A stretch of 19,641 nt of DNA from Fonticula alba ATCC 38817 (Eukaryota > Protista > Nucleariida), in NCBI GenBank assembly GCA_000388065.2, contig KB932217.1; one strand, given 5' to 3'. Position numbers and translations under genes: made by a program. Positions 9,297 through 17,065 of the stretch are shown in pieces (the stretch's first letter is position 1; the number at the start of each line of letters is the position of its first letter). The notes under the pieces were generated by a model, which did no database searches, had not been told where the DNA came from, and saw only the letters and a list, made by a program, of their open reading frames with translations.

Positions 9297-9322
9297 CAAT
9301 ATAAATCCCAATATTATATATC
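9297..9322 (+). terminator. AT-rich island with CAATATAAAT (9297-9306) and CAATATTATA (9309-9318); candidate poly(A) signal of PDCD2L or of an unannotated transcript
   Basis: The most AT-rich island in a 2.7-kb GC-rich intergenic region; its decamer is identical to the one downstream of the SETD9-like gene. Confidence 0.4.
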
Positions 9323-10429
9323 ACCCAATCTCCCGAGCCAGGGAAGGCTCCCCGGGGCCGTGTGCAAAAAAAGAACCCGGCCTGTCCTCCCGGGGCAGGA
9401 GCCCGGCACTTCACCTTTCCTTGGCAGACGCCGGCCCCCTGGCTGTTGTCTCCTCCGGGGCCGGGGGGGGGGGGGGGCCGGCTGCGGCAGACGCCAGCAC
9501 CCTCCTCCCCCGGCGGCCTTCGCCAGCCACCTCCCCCCGGCCGGGCTCTCGGCCTGGTGATCAGGCCGAGGGGCCGAAGCGAGGAATGCCCTCCGGCGAG
9601 GGGCGCCCCCGCCCCTCGGGTGCCGGCCGGGGGGCTCCCGGTAAGTTGTGTATGCGAGGCGGACCGGCCCCCCTCGGCCAGCCCGGCCCTTCGCCCATAC
9701 TCCTTCCGGCCGGCCTCCATCCCATCCCCCCCTCGCGGAGCATTCCTGCGGCCTGGTGAACCGCCGCCGGCCGGGCGCGGGGGGGGGGGAGGGGCGCTGG
9801 GAGACGGTTTTTTCTCCCCCCTCCCCCCTCGCCCGCCTTGTCCCGGCCATGGCCGTTGGGCGACCCCGCCCCCCGCCTAGCCGGACCCATAAAGGCCCAC
9901 CCCCAGGGCCCGCCGACCGGCGCCGGTCTTGTCCTGCGTCCGGGCCCGCTGCTGAAAAAAGTCAGGGGCTCGCTCGTCCCCCCCCCCCCCTCGCGGTGTG
10001 TGCTGGGCCGCCCACTGCGGCGGCCGGCGCGCAATGCCTGGCCCGGGGGAGGAGGCGTGAGGGCCCCGGGGCGGCCGGGGCTGCGGTCGAGTTGAGGAGG
10101 AGGCCCCCCCCACCCGCCCGGGCGCGCCCCTCGCGCGCACACGCGCGGCGTGCATCGGGGGGCGGCTGAGAGGCGTGCTTCGCTCGCCCATGGAGCGCGG
10201 ATCTGAGACCGGGGGGATCTCGCCCGTGTTCCAGCAGCCCGACCCCGGGGAGTCGCTGCCCCTTTTGGCACGCGGACGCGGCTCCGCCCCCGTCCCCCCC
10301 CCCCCCCCCCCACAAGCCGCAGAGGGCGCACACATCCCCGCATCCGGCGCGCGACCTCCGGGGGGCGTGCCGGGGAGGGGGTCCTGGGCCTTCTCCGTCG
10401 CCGGAGTTTCCCGCGCACCCCCTCCCACG

Positions 10430-10431
<2 letters not shown>

Positions 10432-10469
<38 letters not shown>
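10432..10469. repeat. (CT)19 microsatellite followed by TGCAG
   Basis: Read directly. Confidence 0.95.
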
Positions 10470-10471
<2 letters not shown>

Positions 10472-11023
10472 CAGCGACACATAAACCCCCAGGTGCGCGC
10501 GCTTGCACACATACACACGTACACGCCCGGGCATCCACGTCCCGGCATGCTCACCCGGCCAGCGTGATTGTCCCCGCCCCCCCCCCCGCCGCCAGGCGGC
10601 AGTAAGACCGCACCCGGGGACCAGGTCGCATCCGCGCGGCCGCCGGGCAATGCCCCGGCCAAAGGCTTCGCTGCCCCTTTTTGTGGCGGCCTCGCGCGAG
10701 CCCACGCCGCTCGCCCCGGCAGGCCCCCCTCCATGGCAGGATCCCCCCCCCCCTCCCCCCCGTCTTTCTCTCCCCCACCCGATTGCCCCTTTCCCCCCGA
10801 TTGCCCTTCAACTCCCCTCCGCCCCCCTCCCCGGCTCGCCCTTTTCCCATTGGTACGACCATGTTCCGGCCCCTTGCTCCCTCCCACACCCCGCCGCGCC
10901 TCCAACTCACCCCCCTTCCCCCCCCGGCCCCGCCAGCCTCCATCCGGCTAAAAAGAGCGAGAGCAACCCCTTCACAACGCACGCACGCGCGCACGCACGC
11001 ACACCCTCGCGCCACCTGCCGCC

Positions 11024-14000
11024 ATGTCCCTGAGCCGCTTTGTCGGGGGCTCGGCAGCCGGCCGGCTGCCCGCCCTGCTGCTGGCCCTGCTGCTGGCCCT
11101 CCTCTGTCAGGCGGCCGCCGCCGGCTCTGCCGCCCGGCCGGCCAATGACCCCTCGCCCATGGCCGCCGACGAGCTGGACACCCTCGACCAGCACTCCTCG
11201 CACGGCTGGTCCCCCTCCTTCGCCGGTGCCATCGGGTCGGCCCTCCTGTCGGAGTGCCACAAGTCCTGCGGGTCCTGCAATGGCGGCGTTTGCGTCTGCT
11301 CCTCGGGCTACGTGCTCCAGGGCGGCGCCTGCGTGCCGACCTGCCATCCCAACATCCCCTTCTCCGACCCGACCACCAGCGCGTGCACCGGTTGCTCCAA
11401 GTTCTGCCTTGACTGCACCGCGCCGGATCAGTGCACCCAGTGCCTGCCGGGCTTCTTCCTGGAGACCCCCATCAACTCCACGGCCAAGGTGTGCTCCAAG
11501 TGCGACAGCTCCTGCAAGACCTGCACCGATCACACCCGGTGTGACACCTGCGACGCCGGCATGTACCTGCATCAGGACTTCTGCGTGGCCTACTGCCCCC
11601 CGGGCTACTTCCCGGATCCCACCAACACCACTTGCCTGACGTGCGTCGGGGTGTCGTCCGGCAGTTGCACCGCCTGCGAGCGCGGCTACTTCCTGGACAA
11701 CGGCGTGTGCAAGCCCTGCCAGGCCAATTGCGGCATGTGCTTCGTGGCCGATGTCTGCTTCCAATGCAAGGAGGGCTTCCTCCTGAGCCACGATCTCCAA
11801 TGTGTCTCCTCCTGCTCGCCGGGCTTCCACCCCTTCACCAGCGATCGCTTCAAGTATTGCAAGCACTGCCCGGCCGCCTGCCGGGAGTGCGACATTGTGG
11901 ACGACTGCCCGGGCGGCGGCGGCGGCAGTGGCACGGCCTGCCCCCAGAAGGTCATGTGCACGGCCTGCCACATGGGCAGCCCCCTGCCGGATGGCACCTG
12001 CGAGGACCAGGTTTCCTCGCTCCCCAACTGCAATCGCCAGGTGACCATCGCCGGGGAGGGCCGCTGTGTCAAGTGCACCTCCTCGCACTTGCTCGACTAC
12101 AGCACCTACCAGTGTGCCCTGCCGAGTCTCATTTCCGAATCCGGCCTCCCGTGTCACTCCTCCTGCCACGAATGCTCGGTCCACCACTCGCCGGCTGCCT
12201 GTGCCTTCTGCCATCCGGGCCATCGCCTGTTGAGCAAGTCCCAAACGGACCCGGGCCAGTGCATTCCCATCCCCTCCGGGTCTTCCTCGATCGACATCGC
12301 CAGCAATGGCGGCTGCCCGGTCGGCTCGGCCTTGATGGTGGACTTCTGCCAGCTGTGCAGCAATTGCCCATCCTGCATTTCCGATGACCTTGAGCCCCCC
12401 TGCACGTCGTGCTTCCAGGATGCCGTGCTGTCGCCTTTCGATCCGGTTTCCGGCTCCGGCGGCAGTTGCGATGTGCCCCCCTCCAACTCCTCCTCCATCA
12501 GCATCATCGGCAAGCCCGGCATCCCCGGTGGCATTGTCATCAACTCCAGCATCACCATCCCCGGGGTCCTCCGGTGCGATCCCTCCTGCCAGTCGTGCTC
12601 CGGCCGGCCGTCATCCTGTGTCCTCTGCCAGTCGGGCTATGCCTCGCTCAAGGACTCCCACCAGTGCATCAACACCTTCGATGCCCCGACCCCGGAGGGC
12701 TTGAGCTACTTCCGGCTGGGCAATGATGCCTACCCGTGTGATCGGTCCTGCAACACCTGCTCCGGGCCCCAGGCCGGGGAGTGCATCTCCTGCGACACCA
12801 CCTCCACCATTGCCCTGAATGTCCTGTCGCGCGGGCACATTTGCCTGGTCAAGGACCCGCAGGATGTCACCCAGTCGTGCCCCTTCCGGTTCTTCTACGA
12901 TGCCGATGCGTCTGCCGGTGGCAGCGGCACCGGGCCCAACTACTGTGTCGAGTGCCCGCACAATTGCGATGTCTGCTCCGCCGTCGGCAAGTGCGACATC
13001 TGCACCCCGGGCACCTACTCCAGTGGGGACATTTGCTACACCACCTGCCCGACCAGCCACTACACCGACGACGTGAACTTCACCTGTGGGCCCTGCCCCA
13101 AGAACTGCTCGGCCTGTACCTACGACCATGGCAGCGGGGCCGGCCTGCTGGAGGCCTCGGGCTCTTCGCTTTCCGGCTCGGCCTCCATCTCCGGGTCCGG
13201 GTCCATTTCCGGGTCCATTTCCGGGTCCCTTTCCGGGTCCGGGTCCGGGTCCATGCCGGGCTCCGGGCCCGGGTCCGGCTCCGGGTCCGGCTCCCAGCCC
13301 GCCGACGATCCGAACATCATTTGCACCGCCTGCACGCCCTCCTCCTTCTTCCACCAAAACCGCTGTGTGGCCTCCTGCCCGGATGGGTTCTTCGGTGCCC
13401 CGGGCCGCGCGTGCGAGCCCTGCTCCAGCAGCTGCCTGCGGTGCACCACCTCCGCGGACAATTGCACCGCCTGTCCGGCCGGCCAGGTCATCTTCGAGGG
13501 CAAGTGCATGGACTCCTGCCCCTCCGGCAGTGTCCTGGGGGTGGACAACCGCTGTGTCAACTGCGCCGAGGGCTGTCTCACCTGCATCGACAGCCAGTCC
13601 ACCGGGTGCACCTCCTGCAAGCCGAACTACTACCGCTTTAAGGCCGGTGTTGTGCCCGGGGCGGGTGCCTGCCGGGAGACCTGCTCCGGCGCGTACTATC
13701 CCTCCCACCCGGCCGGCGGGTCGCAGTCTTCCAGCGGCGGCTCCCAGCCCTCCAGCGGTTCTCAGTCGTCTAGCGGTTCTCCCATTTACAACCCGCCCTT
13801 GTCCATGGATGCCTTTGCCTCTAGCTCGGCCTCCGCCTCTGGCTCGGCCCCCGCCTCTGGCTCGGCTCCTGCTTCCGGCTCGGCTCCTGCTTCCGGCTCG
13901 GCTCCTGCTTCCGGCTCGGCTCCTGCTTCCGGCTCGGCCCCCGCCTCTGGCTCGACTTCTACCTCTGGCTCGGCCCCTGCGTCTGGCTCGACTTCTACCT

Positions 14001-15377
14001 CTGGCTCGGCCCCTGCCTCTGGTTCCAGCAGTGGCAGTGACGGGCCGCCCTTCTACCTTGATAAGGATCCGATCTACCCCACCTGCCTGAAGTGCCACTC
14101 CCTGTGTTCCAGCTGCACCGGTCCCGAGCTGTCCGATTGCAATGGAAATTGCATCCGGTATATCCATGATGACATTTGCGTCAGCGAATGCCCGCCCGGC
14201 TTCGTGCCCGAGGATAAGGTTTGCCTCCGTACGTCTCCTTTCCTCTCCGGCCCTTTTTCCTCCCAACTCTTTCTCCCTCGGACCCCCCCCCCCTCCCGCC
14301 CGGGGGATCGCCATCGATGTGTCTGACACGCTCCCGCCTGTCCTTTCCCCTCTCCCTGCCTCCGTGCCCGGCCTTCGGTCTTCCTCCTCCCGGCACAGCT
14401 GCCAGCAAGTCCTCCAAGCGCATCGGCATCATCGTCGGTGTGGTTGTCGGCCTGGCCCTTCTGCTGCTGGTGGCTCTGGCCATTCTGCTGATCTACCTCC
14501 GGCGCCGTCGTGACAAGCAGGTCAAGGAGTACGAGGCCGAGATGCAGCGCCGCAACCATGAGATCAACACCGAGGCCACCATGGCCCTCCTGCGCAAGGC
14601 CCGCGAGAAGCGCGACGACGACCAGGAGGCCACCATCATCAACACGATCCTGGAGCTCTCCATCCCCGGTTCGCTGGAGCTCAACTTCGAGAGCGACATC
14701 CGTATCGACGAGCTGCTCGGCTCCGGTGGTCAGGCCAATGTGTTCAGTGCTGATATGCTCAATCTCTCCATCAAGGAGTCTCACGGTGTGGATCGCGTTG
14801 CCTTCAAGGCCATCACTCGTATGTGTCCACCTGTGTCGATCATTTCTCCTCTCCTCTTCTTTTTCTCTCTCTTTTTCTTTTCTCTCTCTCTCTCTCTCTT
14901 TTTCTTTTCTCTCTCTCTCTCTCTCTTTTTCTTTTCTCTCTCTTTCTTCTCTCTCTCTCTCTCTCCCTCTCCCCCCTCTCCCCCCTCTCTCCCCCCCTCT
15001 CTCCCTCTCCACCTCGCCTGATGGCTTGTGTTCACTGACATCCCCCCTCTCTTCAGTCCCCAACCCGGAGACCAACGCCCTCGAGCACCAGCGCGCCATG
15101 GACATGTTCTACCAGGAGATTGCCATCATGTGGTCCTTCCAGAATGTGCCCAACATTGCCCTCATCTGCGGCTTCTGCGTCCACCCGACGGCCATTGTCA
15201 CCAAGCTCTATCAGGGTGATCTGGGCTCGATGATCTCCAGCGGTCGCGAGTTCACCATGCTCCAGGCCCTGGACCTGGCCCTGATGATCGGTGCGTGCCG
15301 GCAAGAGACCACCACTCTTCCTGACAGCCCCCCCCCCCTCCATCCACACCACCAGCGTGACTGACCTGCCGATCATC

Positions 15378-15408
<31 letters not shown>

Positions 15409-15642
15409 CCCCCCGCCCGAACGCGCGCACCACAGCCACCGGCCTGAACGCCATCCACCAGAGCAACATCGTGCACTGCGACATCAAGGCCGCCAACGTC
15501 TTCATCGAGGTCGATCCCAATGGTCGCATGAACGCGGCCATCGGTGACTTCGGTCTTGCCCGTAACCTCAACAACCTCTCGGTCATCCGGGGTATCGCCG
15601 TCAACGGTCTCTCGGCCCGCTACGCCTCGCCCGAGGTGCGTC

Positions 15643-15678
<36 letters not shown>

Positions 15679-16141
15679 GCGCCTGTGTTCGGGTTATCTG
15701 CCCTCCCCCCTTTTGTCCCCCGGGACTGGTTGCCCTTGTCTGACTCTTTCTCCCCCCCCCCCCCCCCCGGGCGCGGGGCCCTCCCGTGTCACCGTGCAGC
15801 TGTTCAACGCCCGTACCAGCGGCAACGTCCTGGACGACATGAGCTCGCGCATGTCCGATGTCTTCGCCTTCTCGGTCATTGTCTGGGAGCTGATCACCCT
15901 GCGCGTCCCGTGGCGCGGTGTGGCCATCGACGACATCCAGGAGCGCGTGACCGGCGGCGAGCGCCTCCCTCTGGAGAACGAGGACATCAGCAACCGCTGG
16001 CTCAAGACCCCCACCTCCAAGCAGCCGAAGGAGCTGCAGACTCTGATCACGGTGGCTCGCGCCGGCTGGCATCAGAACCCCGCCGATCGCCACACCGCCG
16101 AGCAGATGGTCGCCGTCTTGGCCGAGTCTCTCCAGAACTAG
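11024..16141 (+). CDS. Single-pass receptor TKL-group protein kinase with furin-like/EGF-like cysteine-rich ectodomain, 1466 aa, 5 exons
   Basis: Exons 11024-14228, 14399-14818, 15057-15290, 15436-15635, 15800-16141 (phases 1,1,1,0). Kozak-like GCCGCCATG; signal peptide (LPALLLALLLALLCQAAAA); many CxxC-C / CPxGYY...CxxCHxxC furin-like repeats; TM helix IGIIVGVVVGLALLLLVALAILLIYL followed by RRRR (about 14422-14511). Kinase motifs: LGSGGQANV, VAFK, FYQE, HCDIKAAN, DFGLA, RYASPE, SDVFAFSVIVWELIT, W..NPADR. Confidence 0.9.
13838..14017 (+). repeat. In-frame 18-bp minisatellite x10 encoding SGSAPA/SGSTST hexapeptides in the receptor ectodomain
   Basis: SGSAPA x6, SGSTST, SGSAPA, SGSTST, SGSAPA read directly. 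Confidence 0.93.
14840..15010. repeat. CT/T-rich low-complexity tract in receptor kinase intron 2
   Basis: Read directly; almost purely pyrimidine. Confidence 0.9.
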
Positions 16142-16247
16142 TGCGCGTGCACACGCGTCCCCCCCCCCCCTCCTCTCTCTCCCCCTTTCTTTCTCCTCCC
16201 CCTCCTGCGGAGTGGCGCTGTTCCTCTGCTCCCCGCATTTCAGATTC

Positions 16248-16257
16248 CAATATACAG
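16248..16257 (+). terminator. Candidate polyadenylation signal CAATATACAG (receptor kinase)
   Basis: About 106 nt after the TAG stop. Confidence 0.5.
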
Positions 16258-16480
16258 CCCTTGTGTTCATGAGAGCCGCCTGCCATCCCCCACAGCAAGG
16301 GAGGGCATGGGCATGTGCATGTGTGGGTGTTGTCAACACGCCACCATAGGAGGATGGAGGGAGGGGCGCCGACGCGCGCGTCACATCGGCGTGATGCGAT
16401 CCCCCCCCCCCCCCTCCCCCCCTCCGGTGTGCCGCTTGCCCATTTCTGTTCCCCCGCCAGCACATCTGCCACGCAAATGC

Positions 16481-16490
16481 ATGTATATTG
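16481..16490 (-). terminator. Candidate polyadenylation signal CAATATACAT (RhoGAP gene)
   Basis: On the sense (minus) strand downstream of the stop at 17066; the distance (about 575 nt) depends on the estimated gap size. Confidence 0.4.
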
Positions 16491-16669
16491 TGCGACAAAG
16501 GCAAGAGATAATAGTCCACCCTTAATAGGTGTCTCCGGGGGAGGGACAAGGTTCATCCGTGTACCAGGGGGAGATGCGGAGGTGGTGTTCGGGAGGATTG
16601 GCCGGTGTGCCCATTTTCCCGGGGCCACAAAAAGCAGGACGAATGCATTGCCCCCCCCCCCCCCCCCCC

Positions 16670-17031
16670 NNNNNNNNNNNNNNNNNNNNNNNNNNNNNNN
16701 NNNNNNNNNNNNNNNNNNNNNNNNNNNNNNNNNNNNNNNNNNNNNNNNNNNNNNNNNNNNNNNNNNNNNNNNNNNNNNNNNNNNNNNNNNNNNNNNNNNN
16801 NNNNNNNNNNNNNNNNNNNNNNNNNNNNNNNNNNNNNNNNNNNNNNNNNNNNNNNNNNNNNNNNNNNNNNNNNNNNNNNNNNNNNNNNNNNNNNNNNNNN
16901 NNNNNNNNNNNNNNNNNNNNNNNNNNNNNNNNNNNNNNNNNNNNNNNNNNNNNNNNNNNNNNNNNNNNNNNNNNNNNNNNNNNNNNNNNNNNNNNNNNNN
17001 NNNNNNNNNNNNNNNNNNNNNNNNNNNNNNN
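16670..17031. other. Assembly gap (362 N) flanked by poly-C runs
   Basis: N run preceded by C19 and followed by C7. Confidence 0.99.
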
Positions 17032-17065
17032 CCCCCCCGCAAAGGGTGGCACACCTACACCCCCC

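Noticed and set aside
8340-11023. Numerous 80-560 aa ORFs in the intergenic region
   Set aside because: All are G/P/R/A low-complexity translations across homopolymers and microsatellites, with no recognisable motif.
10907-14329. Long antisense ORFs (10907-12244, 12611-14329)
   Set aside because: They are shadow frames of the C/G-ending codon bias of the receptor exon.
15474-15497. Receptor tyrosine kinase call
   Set aside because: The catalytic loop DIKAAN has the Ser/Thr-type Lys rather than DLAARN or DLRAAN, so it is called TKL.
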